A DNA stretch of 64,000 nt from an uncultured Acidobacteriota bacterium (GCA_963749415.1 CAVVMG010000001.1:1486765-1550764), one strand, 5' to 3'. Shown: positions 41,577 through 51,027, counted from the stretch's first letter. Numbers and translations are program-made. The notes: generated by a model from the sequence alone, not told the origin.

Positions 41577-42997
41577 TGGCCCTGTCCGGCCTCGTCGCTG
41601 GCGTGGACTGCTCCACCCAGTCGACCAAGGTTCTCCTGGTCGACCTGGAGACGGGTCAGGTGGTGGCGAAGGGCAGGTCGGAGCACGAGGTCACCGGGAT
41701 AGGCGGAACCCGGGAGACCGACCCGGCCGTGTGGTGGACGGCACTGCGGGCCGCGTTCGAGGAGACCGGGAGGGCGGGTGACGTCAGCGCCCTGTCGATC
41801 GCAGGGCAGCAGCACGGCCTCGTCACACTCGACTCGGAGGATCAGCCACTTCGCCCGGCGATGCTGTGGAACGACACACGCTCCGCCGGCCAGGCGCAAC
41901 GGCTCACCGCGGCGTGGGGCGCCGATGAGTGGGCAGACCGAATCGGAATCGTCCCGGTCGCCTCGTTCACCATCACCAAATGGCAATGGTTGATCGACAA
42001 CGAGCCGGACATAGCCCAGGCGACGAGGAAGGTCCTCCTTCCCCACGACTATCTGACGTTTCGCATCACCGGCGAGCATGCCACCGACCGGGGCGATGCG
42101 TCCGGGACCGGCTGGTGGTCCTCGAATACCGAGGGCTACTCGTCCGAGGCGTTGGACCTGGTCGGGCTCGATCACCGGCTCCTCCCTTCGTTGACCGCCC
42201 CGGGTGCCCCTTCCGGAGAGGTGACAGCTCAGGCCGCAGAGGCCATCGGGTTGCGGGCCGGGACCCCGGTCGCCGGGGGCACGGGTGACAACATGGGAGC
42301 AGCCTTAGGGCTCGGACTGCGTCCCGGCCGGCCCGTGGTGAGCTTGGGAACGTCGGGGACGATCTATGCGGTCTCCGAGTCCCGCATCGTCGACCCGAGC
42401 GGGGTGGTGGCCGGGTTCGCCACCGCTGATCGCGGCTTCCTTCCGCTTGCCGCGACGCTCAATTGCACGCTCGCGGTCGATCGGTTCGCCGGCTGGCTCG
42501 GCCTCGACCGGGAACAGGTCTCGGATTCGACCGAGGTCGTCGTGCTTCCCTATCTGGATGGGGAGCGAACGCCGAACCTCCCAACAGCTGCCGGAAGTAT
42601 CCACGGCCTGCGACATCACACCCCGCCTGAGGAGATCCTGCTCGCGGCATATCAGGGAGCTGCCGCTTCGTTGCTGGAGGCGATGTCTGCCATCTCAGAT
42701 GCCGGCTCCGGGATACCCGACAATGCGCCGCTGGTTCTCATCGGGGGCGGGGCGAGGGGCAAAGCCTGGCAACGAGTCATCGCCGACCTCGCACAACGCA
42801 GGCTCGTGGTACCCGAATTGGATGAGCCGGTGGCGATGGGAGCCGCCATCCAGGCGGCGGCGATGTTCACCGGCACGGGGTGCTCGGACATCGCAGAGGC
42901 ATGGTCGACGATCGACGGGCCGATGGTCGAGCCCTCTCGTCCTGCGGACGACACCATGAGCCGGATCAGGGAGGTCAGAAGCACAGTTGCCCCATGA
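41576..42997 (+). CDS. FGGY-family carbohydrate kinase (xylulokinase-like)
   Basis: 473 aa with FGGY motifs (GVDCSTQSTKVLLVD, GTSGTI..., GGGARGKAWQRVIADL). ATG overlaps the upstream stop (TGATG). Confidence 0.85.
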   Translation: MALSGLVAGVDCSTQSTKVLLVDLETGQVVAKGRSEHEVTGIGGTRETDPAVWWTALRAAFEETGRAGDVSALSIAGQQHGLVTLDSEDQPLRPAMLWNDTRSAGQAQRLTAAWGADEWADRIGIVPVASFTITKWQWLIDNEPDIAQATRKVLLPHDYLTFRITGEHATDRGDASGTGWWSSNTEGYSSEALDLVGLDHRLLPSLTAPGAPSGEVTAQAAEAIGLRAGTPVAGGTGDNMGAALGLGLRPGRPVVSLGTSGTIYAVSESRIVDPSGVVAGFATADRGFLPLAATLNCTLAVDRFAGWLGLDREQVSDSTEVVVLPYLDGERTPNLPTAAGSIHGLRHHTPPEEILLAAYQGAAASLLEAMSAISDAGSGIPDNAPLVLIGGGARGKAWQRVIADLAQRRLVVPELDEPVAMGAAIQAAAMFTGTGCSDIAEAWSTIDGPMVEPSRPADDTMSRIREVRSTVAP

Positions 42998-43001
42998 TGC
43001 G

Positions 43002-43878
43002 ATGGAGTCTGATGTCATCCCGGTCACTGTTCCGCTCGACCTGAGGCGGGCCCTGCGGCCGCTCCACGGCTGGTTCGCAAAGGACGGCTGGTGGAAGACC
43101 GCGAGGACACCTGAGGGCAGCGGCTCCCTTCGCATCTCCCGCACCACCCAGGGGTTGGTGGGGCACGCCTGGGGCGACGGCAGCAATTGGCTGCTCGCCC
43201 GGCTTGGTTCGTTTGCCGGCCTCGACGACGACCCGACCCGGTTCGAGACCGATCATCCATTGGTCGGTGAGCTTCATCGCCTCCACCCCGGAATGCGCTT
43301 CGGAAAGAACGGCCTCGTCTTCGACGCCCTGGTCACTGCAATCACGGGCCAGAAGGTCACCGGCGCCGAGGCCGCTGCGGCGGGTGCCGGGCTGCGACGA
43401 GTTTTTGCCGACGATGCGCCGGGGCCCAATTCCGGGCTCCGCCTACCACCCGACCCCGACCGCATGGCGGCGGCCCCATATTGGGCCTACCACGAGCTGC
43501 ACCTGGAGCGGCGCCGGGCCGAGACGTTGCGCCGGGTCGCCGACCGACCATGCCGCCATCGGGATGCTGGGCGAGTTGCCGGTTGGCGAGGCCGCCGCCC
43601 GTCTCGCCGCGTATCCCGGAGTCGGGCCGTGGACGGTGGCCAAGACCCTGGTGGTGTCGCACGGCGATCCGGATCAGGTCGAGGTCGGCGACTTCCACGT
43701 CAAGCACATCGTGGTCCACCATCTGACGGGCCGGCCCCGTGGCTCCGACGAGGAGATGCTCGCACTTCTCGAGCCATTCCGCCCCCATCGGGGCCGGGTC
43801 ATCCGCCTGCTCCACACCCTCGGTCACGAGCCGAAGTTCGGTCCGAAGGTTCGGGCCCGGGACTTCACCCGAAGCTGA
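43002..43878 (+). pseudogene. Second AlkA-like HhH-GPD DNA glycosylase gene, frameshifted near 43530-43560
   Basis: Frame 1: MESDVIPVTVPLDLRRALRPLHG...NGLVFDALVTAITGQKVTGAEAAAAGAGLRRVF...HLERRRAETLRRVADRP then nonsense. Frame 2 continues AAIGMLGELPVGEAAARLAAYPGVGPWTVAKTLVV...GDFHVKHIVV... to the stop at 43878, which overlaps the P450 ATG. Frames offset by 1 nt. Confidence 0.6.
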
Positions 43879-45029
43879 TGATCGATCCGGCCAGCATCAC
43901 CCTTACCGAACTCGAGGACGACCCTCATCCCATCCTCGCCGACCTGCTCCGTCACTATCCGGTGTGCCACATACCGAGCATGGACATGTGGCTAGTCACC
44001 CGCTGGGATGACGTGGTCTACGTCTGCGAGCACCCCGAACTGTTCTCGGCCAACACCGACCCGAGTTGGCTGCGCGACTGTCTCGGGGAGAACATGCTCA
44101 CCCTCGACGGCGAGAGGCACGACCGGCTTGCCAACGGGATGCGTCCTTCCTTCTCCGGGACCGAAGCGGGAAAGGCGGTGAGGGAGTCGCTGCCGGCGAT
44201 GCTCGACGGTCTCATCGACGAGTTTGTGGCATCCGGCTCCACCGACCTCATGGTCTCCTATGCCGAGCCGCTGGCCAACCTGACATTGCTCAATGCATTG
44301 GGGATGACCTCGGTGGCGTGGCAGGAGCTTGCCGGGTGGTGCCGCGGGGTGATCACCGGCATCTCCAACTTCGAGAACGACCAGGAGAAGGCAGACCTCG
44401 CCGCGCTGGCCCACCGAGAGCTCGGGGAAGCCCTGGATCGGGAGCTGGGCCGACTGTCAGAGGAACCCGACGAAAGCGGCCTGTCCCATTTCCTGCGCGC
44501 CGGGTTCGCCCGGGACGAGATAGTCAACAACGTACGGCTCATGATCTCCGGAGGGATCAATGAGCCACGCGACGGTGTTGGCCTCGTCATGTATGTCCTC
44601 CTCAGCGATCCGGCGCTGTTGAGCCAGGTCGGTGAGGACCGAGCAGTCCTGCGCAAGGTGATCGAGGAGACTCTTCGACTCCACACACCGGTGGGGACGG
44701 CTACCCGCCAGGCGACGCGTGAACTGAAGCTGTCTGGGGTGTCTATCCCCGAAGGGTCGGTGGTCGCCGCCGTGCTCACTGCGGCCAACCGAGACCCGTC
44801 GCGTTGGTCGGAGCCGAACCGGTTCCGACTTGATCGTGGTGAGGGCTCTCACATCGCTTTCTCGCTCGGTGAGCATCGCTGCCTCGGCGAATGGCTGGCC
44901 CGCCAGCAGGTGAGGATCGGGGTGGAACGGCTCCTCGACCGACTGCCGGGGATCCGGCTAACCGGCGAGGTGAAGCTCCACGGTTTTGAGTTTCGGGGCC
45001 CGGTCGCCCTGGAGGTCGCTTGGGGTTGA
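43878..45029 (+). CDS. Cytochrome P450
   Basis: 383 aa with the heme loop FSLGEHRCLGEWLA, the EXXR-type ETLRLHTP and I-helix-like MISGGINEP. ATG overlaps the alkA-like stop (TGATG). Confidence 0.88.
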   Translation: MIDPASITLTELEDDPHPILADLLRHYPVCHIPSMDMWLVTRWDDVVYVCEHPELFSANTDPSWLRDCLGENMLTLDGERHDRLANGMRPSFSGTEAGKAVRESLPAMLDGLIDEFVASGSTDLMVSYAEPLANLTLLNALGMTSVAWQELAGWCRGVITGISNFENDQEKADLAALAHRELGEALDRELGRLSEEPDESGLSHFLRAGFARDEIVNNVRLMISGGINEPRDGVGLVMYVLLSDPALLSQVGEDRAVLRKVIEETLRLHTPVGTATRQATRELKLSGVSIPEGSVVAAVLTAANRDPSRWSEPNRFRLDRGEGSHIAFSLGEHRCLGEWLARQQVRIGVERLLDRLPGIRLTGEVKLHGFEFRGPVALEVAWG

Positions 45030-45032
45030 CGG

Positions 45033-46265
45033 TCAGTAGTAAGGGAGGTACTCCCGGATCTCCCAGTCGGTGGTGTGAGTGGAGAAGCGCTCCCATTCGG
45101 CCCGCTTGACGGCGAGGAAACCCTCGACATACGCAGGGGAGAAGGCCTCCACGAATTCCTTGTCACGCTCCAGCGCATCGAGCGCCGCCCCCAGGTCGGG
45201 CGGGCAACAGGTGTCGGTGTCGGCCCCGGTGATGCAGTCCTGGCTCTCGGCGGGCGGGCACTCCATCTCGAGGCGCACCCCGCGCAGTGCGGACACCAGG
45301 GTGGCAGCCGCAGCCAGGTGCAAGGAGGCGGCACCGTCGGCGAGCCGATGCTCGAGCCGGATGCCGGAGTCGGTGGCCGGGGGTACGCGAAGCGCCACAC
45401 CGCGATGGTCGTAGCCCCAGTTGGCGTAATAGCCGTTGAGTGAGGCTGGTTGGAGCCGCTTGTACGCGTTGACCGTCGGTGCCACCAGGGCGGTCATCGA
45501 AACGTGGTCATTGACGATCCCGGCGATGCATTGCCGGGCCAGCTCGCTGAGTCGATCAGGGGCGGAGTCGTCGATGAGCGCATTGCGGCCCTGATCGTCG
45601 ATGAGGGAGACGTTGACATGGATGCCACTCCCTCCGCGCTCGGTGATCGGCTTGCCCATGAATGCCAGGAGGAGTCCGCGCTTGGCCGCGATCTCCTTGG
45701 CCATCACCTTGAACAGAAAGGCGTCGTCGCACGCCTCGAGGGCCTCTCCGTAACGAAGTGTCAGTTCGAACTGCCCGTCGTCATACTCGGAATTGACCGA
45801 CTCCAGCTCCAGGCCGACCTCCCGGGCGGTCTCCATGATCTCCTGGATCGTGCCCGTGGGGTCGACCGCGGTGCCGGTGCCGTAGACGTAGGAGCCGGGG
45901 GTATATATCGGCTGCCATCCCCGGTCACCGTCTGGCTCGAAGAGGAAGGCTTCGAGCTCGAAGCCGACCATGGGATTCAACCCCAGCTCTCGCCACTCGC
46001 CGACGACACGCTCCAGGATCGAGCGGGGGGCGAGCTCGACCGGTGCCCCGTTCTTGGAGATCGAAGCCACCACGACACCGGTGCCCGGCTCCCACCCGGG
46101 CCGGACATCGTCCATGGAGAAGCGCGCCTCGACATCGGGGAAGCTCTCATGGTGGGCACCGGGATGGGGGATCATCACCCGGTTGAGCTGGAGGGAGAAC
46201 AGAGCCACGCAGTGATTGCTGCCCTCCGCAGCTCTTGCGCCGGAGAGATACTTCCCTCGAGCCAA
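45033..46265 (-). CDS. Glutamine-synthetase-like gamma-glutamyl ligase (GS catalytic domain, PuuA/GlnA3/GlnA4/IpuC-like). Conserved in-frame coding continues upstream to ~46484 without a canonical start codon.
   Basis: GS catalytic-domain motifs (FELEAFLF, NSEYDDGQFELTL, GSGIHVNVSL, NAYKRL, GYDHRGVALRVP). Upstream of the TTG at 46265 the same frame is open for 73 more codons and encodes a GS N-domain-like sequence (...SYDRVRFLWPDHLGLARGKYL), but with no ATG/GTG/TTG. Confidence 0.8.
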   Translation of the reverse strand: MARGKYLSGARAAEGSNHCVALFSLQLNRVMIPHPGAHHESFPDVEARFSMDDVRPGWEPGTGVVVASISKNGAPVELAPRSILERVVGEWRELGLNPMVGFELEAFLFEPDGDRGWQPIYTPGSYVYGTGTAVDPTGTIQEIMETAREVGLELESVNSEYDDGQFELTLRYGEALEACDDAFLFKVMAKEIAAKRGLLLAFMGKPITERGGSGIHVNVSLIDDQGRNALIDDSAPDRLSELARQCIAGIVNDHVSMTALVAPTVNAYKRLQPASLNGYYANWGYDHRGVALRVPPATDSGIRLEHRLADGAASLHLAAAATLVSALRGVRLEMECPPAESQDCITGADTDTCCPPDLGAALDALERDKEFVEAFSPAYVEGFLAVKRAEWERFSTHTTDWEIREYLPYY

Positions 46266-46518
46266 TCCGAGATGATCCGGCCAGAGGAACCGAACCCGGT
46301 CGTAACTCGCCTCGCTCAGAACCTTCTCCTGTGGGACTCGATGGTTAGTGGCCCGCCGCAGAAATACTGGTGGCGTCTCTCCGGCCCTCGACGCCCCTGG
46401 CCGTGTCGAAGTGCTCGCCGCAGCTCCCCGGCTGCGACTGCGCGCTTCTCCTTGCCAGATGACGCCGATGGCTCGGAGACACCCTCACCCTATTTCTCCG
46501 ACAGACCACTCAGAAACA

Positions 46519-46536
46519 GTATCAACCCCTTGATAT
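46519..46536. promoter_or_regulatory. Inverted repeat GTATCAA-CCCC-TTGATAT 10 nt upstream of the GATase start codon
   Basis: 6/7 matching arms in the divergent intergenic region between the GS-like and GATase genes. Confidence 0.3.
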
Positions 46537-46545
46537 TCTCGCCCG

Positions 46546-47235
46546 ATGCGGGCACTGGTCATCGAACACGACCCGCTGTCCACCCCGGAGCGGGTCGGGG
46601 AGCACTTGGAGCGACGAGGGTTCAGCCTCGAGCATTTCGTCGTGGTCGAGGACATCGACCACCCGGATGTCAGCGCAACCTTTCCCGAGAACGGAAGCCA
46701 CGACCTGGTGGTGCTGATGGGCGCCCCCTGGTCGGTTTACGACCCGGTGATGAAGGGCTGGGTGGGCCCGGAGCTCGACTTCATTCGGCACAATCAGGAA
46801 CGCGGGGTCCCCGTGCTCGGAATCTGCTTTGGGGGCCAAGCCCTCTCCGCCGCACTCGGCGGCTCCGTCAGACATGCCGGCCGCCCGGAATACGGGTGGG
46901 GGAGCATCGAGCCCACTGTCGACCAGATCGCCGGCGGCCCCTGGTTCCAGTACCACCACGACGAGTTCACACTCCCTCCGGGCGCAACCGAGCTCGCCCG
47001 CAACCAGTCGGGAGTCCAGGCGTTTCGCTCGGCCCGGGCTCTTGGCGTCCAATTCCATCCCGAGATGACCGCCGGCCTGTTGGGATCCTGGTGCGAGGTC
47101 GACGGCTGTTCGGAGATGGTGGAAGCCGGGTTGGACGTTGACCAGGTCATCGAGCAGAGCCGCACCCTCGAGGTCGACACCCAGCCCGACCTGGAGCGGA
47201 TGCTCGACTGGTTCCTCGACGACTTTGCAAGCTGA
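46546..47235 (+). CDS. Class I glutamine amidotransferase-like protein (GATase1/peptidase C26; candidate gamma-glutamyl hydrolase)
   Basis: 229 aa with the GATase1 pattern VLGICFGGQALSAALGG (Cys nucleophile) ... FQYHHDE ... GVQFHPE (His). Confidence 0.8.
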   Translation: MRALVIEHDPLSTPERVGEHLERRGFSLEHFVVVEDIDHPDVSATFPENGSHDLVVLMGAPWSVYDPVMKGWVGPELDFIRHNQERGVPVLGICFGGQALSAALGGSVRHAGRPEYGWGSIEPTVDQIAGGPWFQYHHDEFTLPPGATELARNQSGVQAFRSARALGVQFHPEMTAGLLGSWCEVDGCSEMVEAGLDVDQVIEQSRTLEVDTQPDLERMLDWFLDDFAS

Positions 47236-47237
47236 GG

Positions 47238-48494
47238 ATGACCGGTCCGCCCCCGGGAGTCGGCATCGACCTCACCGACCCCGATCTCTGGGAACGCGGG
47301 GTTCCGCACGCCGAGCTTCACAGGCTTCGTGACCAAGCTCCCGTTGCCTGGGCAGAGCATCCGGGCCCGCACCGCGGTTTCTGGGTGGTGACCCGCCACG
47401 AGGATGTCTTGTCGGTGTCACGCGATGCGGAGACCTTCTCGTCCCGGGATGGTGTGATCTCTTTGGAAGACCTCGACCCCGATCAGATCGATGCGCGGCG
47501 GTCGATGCTCGAAGAGGACCCCCCGCGCCACCGCGAGCTCCGTGCACTCACCTCCGCACACTTCACTCCGAGGGCGGTCCGGGTCCACGAGGGCTACATC
47601 CGCCAGCTCGCGGTGGATGCGATCGAGTCGGCGCTGGAGAAGGGGGACTGTGACCTGGTGTCGACACTCAGCGAGCGGGTGCCGATCCGGGTGCTGGGGC
47701 GCATCCTCGGAGTCCCAGACCAGGACGTGGACGAGCTGGTCCGCCTCGGCAATCAGATGATCGGTGCGGACGATCCGGAATACGGGAATCCGGGCGACCC
47801 ACCAATCCCGGCCGGCGACATGAGACTGCTCCCGTTCGGACATCCTGCCGCGCTGGAGGCCTTTGAGATGGCCTGGCGGATCACCAGGGACCGGGGCCCA
47901 GCAGACGGCACCGACGTTCTGGGAGCTCTGGCCCGGGGCCAGGTGGACGGCGTGCCGCTTACCGATCGCGAGCTCGGCACCTACTTCGTGCTCCTGGTGA
48001 TCGCCGGGAATGAAACGACCCGGCACAGCATCTCCGCCGGAGTGGCCGCCCTCGCTGCCAATCCTGAGGAGTGGAGGCGCCTCCGCACGCGGTCCGTCGA
48101 CCCGACTCGGGCCGCCGACGAGATTCTGAGATGGGCGACGGCGATCCACTTCCACCGTCGGATCGCCACCAGGGACACGAGCCTTCGCGGCGTGGAGATT
48201 GCAGCCGGTGACAAGGTGGCGGTGTACTTCGCATCGGCGAACTTCGACGAACGGGCGTTCTACGAGCCGTTCCGGTTCGATGTCGGCCGGTCACCCAATG
48301 AGCACGTCGCGTTCGGGCGCGGCGGCCCTCATTACTGCCTGGGAGCGCATCTCGCCAGGCTCGAAGTGCGGGTGGTCCTCGAGGAGCTCGCAGCTCGGGT
48401 CGCCTCGATCGAATTGACCGGAGAGCCGAGCCGGCTCCGTTCCAACCACATCAACGGCATCAAGCACCTTCCCGCCCGTCTCACGGCAGCCTGA
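47238..48494 (+). CDS. Cytochrome P450
   Basis: 418 aa with the heme loop FGRGGPHYCLGAHLA, the EXXR-type EILRWAT and I-helix AGNETT. ATG 3 nt after the GATase stop. Confidence 0.9.
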   Translation: MTGPPPGVGIDLTDPDLWERGVPHAELHRLRDQAPVAWAEHPGPHRGFWVVTRHEDVLSVSRDAETFSSRDGVISLEDLDPDQIDARRSMLEEDPPRHRELRALTSAHFTPRAVRVHEGYIRQLAVDAIESALEKGDCDLVSTLSERVPIRVLGRILGVPDQDVDELVRLGNQMIGADDPEYGNPGDPPIPAGDMRLLPFGHPAALEAFEMAWRITRDRGPADGTDVLGALARGQVDGVPLTDRELGTYFVLLVIAGNETTRHSISAGVAALAANPEEWRRLRTRSVDPTRAADEILRWATAIHFHRRIATRDTSLRGVEIAAGDKVAVYFASANFDERAFYEPFRFDVGRSPNEHVAFGRGGPHYCLGAHLARLEVRVVLEELAARVASIELTGEPSRLRSNHINGIKHLPARLTAA

Positions 48495-48578
48495 GATCCT
48501 CTGCACCATGTGATCGTTAGGACGCCAACGATCGCGTTCGATTGCTACTTTTCCGGCGACCGGACCAGAGGAGGATCC

Positions 48579-50024
48579 ATGTCGGACGGCCCCACTCCGA
48601 GCGAAGTTGGTTTCGAGCGGGCGGCGATCGGCTTTCCCACTGCCTTGGCGGCTGCGGTCGGATTGATCATCGCCGGGTCGGTCCTGCTCACCGCACAGAC
48701 CGGCTACGGAGCCGGGGGATACATCTTCGCCTGGGCCATCCTCATCGCCTACGTCTTGATGCTGGCGCAATCGGCGAGCTTCTCCGAGGCCGCCGGGATC
48801 CTGCCCACCGCAGGGTCGGTCTACGACTACATCGCCGCCGGCATGGGGCGGTTCTTCGCCATAGCCGGGACCCTTGCCGCCTATCTGGTGGTCCACGTGT
48901 TCGCCGGCACCGCGGAGACCGCGACCGCGGGCGTTTTCGCCTCGTTCAACTTCACCTTCCTCGAGCAATACCAGGCCGGGGGCTCCTGGTGGATCGGGGT
49001 CGCGCTGATGGTGATCTTCGCGGTGGTCAACATGCTCGGGATCCGGCCTTTCGCAAAGGCGGAGATCGCGATGACCGCGGTCATGTGGGTCACCTTGGTC
49101 GTCTTCGGGCTGCTGGGGACCTTGCAGCCCAAGTCGACCGATATCAGTGGGATGTTCGGCGAGTCGGCAGTCGGGACCGACCTGACCGCCATCTTGAGCA
49201 TGACCGGCCTCGCCCTGTTCCTTTTCGTCGGGGTCGAGTACGTGACACCGCTCGCCGCAGAGCTCAAGGAGCCGGCTCGCACCATCCCCCGCGCGATGTA
49301 TGTCGGCCTGACCGCGGTGGCGGTAGCGATGTTCCTCTATGGCACGGGTGTCGCCCGCCAGGTCGAGAACGTCGACCTGGGCGACGGGACGTTGATCCTC
49401 GATACCCCGCTCGCCATCCCGGCCTATGCCGAGGCGGTGCTCGGCGACTTCGGAAGGATCTGGTTCGGGATCGCGGTCCTCCTCGCCTCGGCAACCACCC
49501 TCAATACCCTGCTCGCCGGAGTGCCTCGCATCTTCTACGGGATGGCCAAGGACGGCACGCTGCCCAAGGTCTTCGCCTATCTCCATCCCCGCTACAAGGA
49601 GCCCTGGGTCGGAATCATCCTGGTGGCTCTCATTGGGATCGTGGGGGCGATCTGGATCGACGGTGACGTTCCTTCGATCATCAGCCTGATCCTGGCCGCG
49701 GTTCTGGCCTGGATCTTCAGCTACGTCCTGGTCGATATCTCGGTGATGGTGCTGAGGGCCCGGCGACCCGACCTGGCCAGGCCCTACCGGAGCCCTCTGT
49801 ATCCACTACCCCAATTGCTGGCGATTGCCGGGATGCTGGTGGCCGGGTGGTACGTCACACCTCCCTACCTCACCCGGTCGGACATATACACCCCGTTCGG
49901 GATCATGCTCGGAGCATGCGCCCTGTATGCCCTGATCTGGACATACGGCGTACAGAGGATCAATCCGTGGAAGCCGGTCGAGCCCGAGACACTGCTCGCG
50001 GAGGAGGGTGTCTCAGGTTCGTGA
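48579..50024 (+). CDS. APC-superfamily amino acid/polyamine permease (12 TM)
   Basis: 481 aa polytopic protein with strong SD GGAGGA 5 nt upstream of the ATG at 48579. The ORF in the track starts 69 nt earlier. Confidence 0.85.
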   Translation: MSDGPTPSEVGFERAAIGFPTALAAAVGLIIAGSVLLTAQTGYGAGGYIFAWAILIAYVLMLAQSASFSEAAGILPTAGSVYDYIAAGMGRFFAIAGTLAAYLVVHVFAGTAETATAGVFASFNFTFLEQYQAGGSWWIGVALMVIFAVVNMLGIRPFAKAEIAMTAVMWVTLVVFGLLGTLQPKSTDISGMFGESAVGTDLTAILSMTGLALFLFVGVEYVTPLAAELKEPARTIPRAMYVGLTAVAVAMFLYGTGVARQVENVDLGDGTLILDTPLAIPAYAEAVLGDFGRIWFGIAVLLASATTLNTLLAGVPRIFYGMAKDGTLPKVFAYLHPRYKEPWVGIILVALIGIVGAIWIDGDVPSIISLILAAVLAWIFSYVLVDISVMVLRARRPDLARPYRSPLYPLPQLLAIAGMLVAGWYVTPPYLTRSDIYTPFGIMLGACALYALIWTYGVQRINPWKPVEPETLLAEEGVSGS

Positions 50025-50590
50025 CCGGGGCGAGCCGGGTCGGCCGCCTTCCCCGCTCCTACCGATCGGGGAGGCTGCTCGGACTCCTGGCCAATGATTT
50101 TCCGGGGCACGGCCTCGAGCGCCTCGGGCCCGGACGAGGGCGCTTCGTTCCCGTCGGGGAGGGCCCGGTGATCGAGGTTCGGGAACGGGTCGACCGGCGC
50201 TTTCTGGGCCACACCGAGATCGCCCAATTCCTGCTCAGCGTCGATGTGGCACCCGGCTCGCCGGCACGGATCGAGGTGGTCCACACCGGGAGGCTCAAGA
50301 GGCAGGGCGTCGAGCTGGCGGTAGTCGTCGGCGACGAACAGGTCCGGGGTCTGGCCGGGCGGATCTCCAACGATGGTGCTTTCTCCGCCCCGGGTCTGGC
50401 GCTCGACTTCACCAGGTTCGACCTGGACCGCTCGGCAAGCCAATGGTCGGTGACCGTCGAGCTCATGGGTGCCAGCTTCGTGTCGCTCGCCCTGCCGCCG
50501 ATGCGGAGCTACATCCGCCTCCACCAGGACCAGATGGAGGCACTGGTCGAAGTTCTCACCGCCCTCGAGGGCCACCTGGCCCGCAATTGA
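50021..50590 (+). CDS. Hypothetical protein (189 aa), translationally coupled to the permease
   Basis: GTG overlaps the permease stop (GTGA). Protein-like composition, no family recognised. Confidence 0.45.
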   Translation: MTGASRVGRLPRSYRSGRLLGLLANDFPGHGLERLGPGRGRFVPVGEGPVIEVRERVDRRFLGHTEIAQFLLSVDVAPGSPARIEVVHTGRLKRQGVELAVVVGDEQVRGLAGRISNDGAFSAPGLALDFTRFDLDRSASQWSVTVELMGASFVSLALPPMRSYIRLHQDQMEALVEVLTALEGHLARN

Positions 50591-50609
50591 CCACAGGTAG
50601 CCTGCCTCG

Positions 50610-51017
50610 ATGATCGAGTATCGGGTGGGCAGCGACGTCGACCTCGACGAGGTGATCGACCTCTATGTCGATTCCACTCTTGGTGAGCGACGCCCGGTGG
50701 GGGAGAGGGATCGGATGGCCACGATGCTGGCCGAGGCCGATCTGGTGGTGTCCGCCTGGGACGGGGATCAATTGGTCGGCATCTCGCGGTCGGTGACCGA
50801 CTGGGTATACGCCACGTACCTCTCGGATCTGGCGGTGCGGCTGGACTACCAGAAGATGGGCATCGGCCGCGAGCTGGTGCGGCGCACCCGTCAGGAGACG
50901 CCTCGAGCGACCGTGATCCTCCTCGCCGCCCCGAAGGCGGTCGACTACTACCCGAAGATCGGGATGACCCAGCACCACAGCGCCTGGGTCCTCCTTCCCG
51001 GCGAAGAGCCGGCCTGA
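50610..51017 (+). CDS. GNAT-family N-acetyltransferase
   Basis: 135 aa with the acetyl-CoA-binding motif LAVRLDYQKMGIGRELVRR. Confidence 0.8.
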   Translation: MIEYRVGSDVDLDEVIDLYVDSTLGERRPVGERDRMATMLAEADLVVSAWDGDQLVGISRSVTDWVYATYLSDLAVRLDYQKMGIGRELVRRTRQETPRATVILLAAPKAVDYYPKIGMTQHHSAWVLLPGEEPA

Positions 51018-51027
51018 GCCGGCCGGG

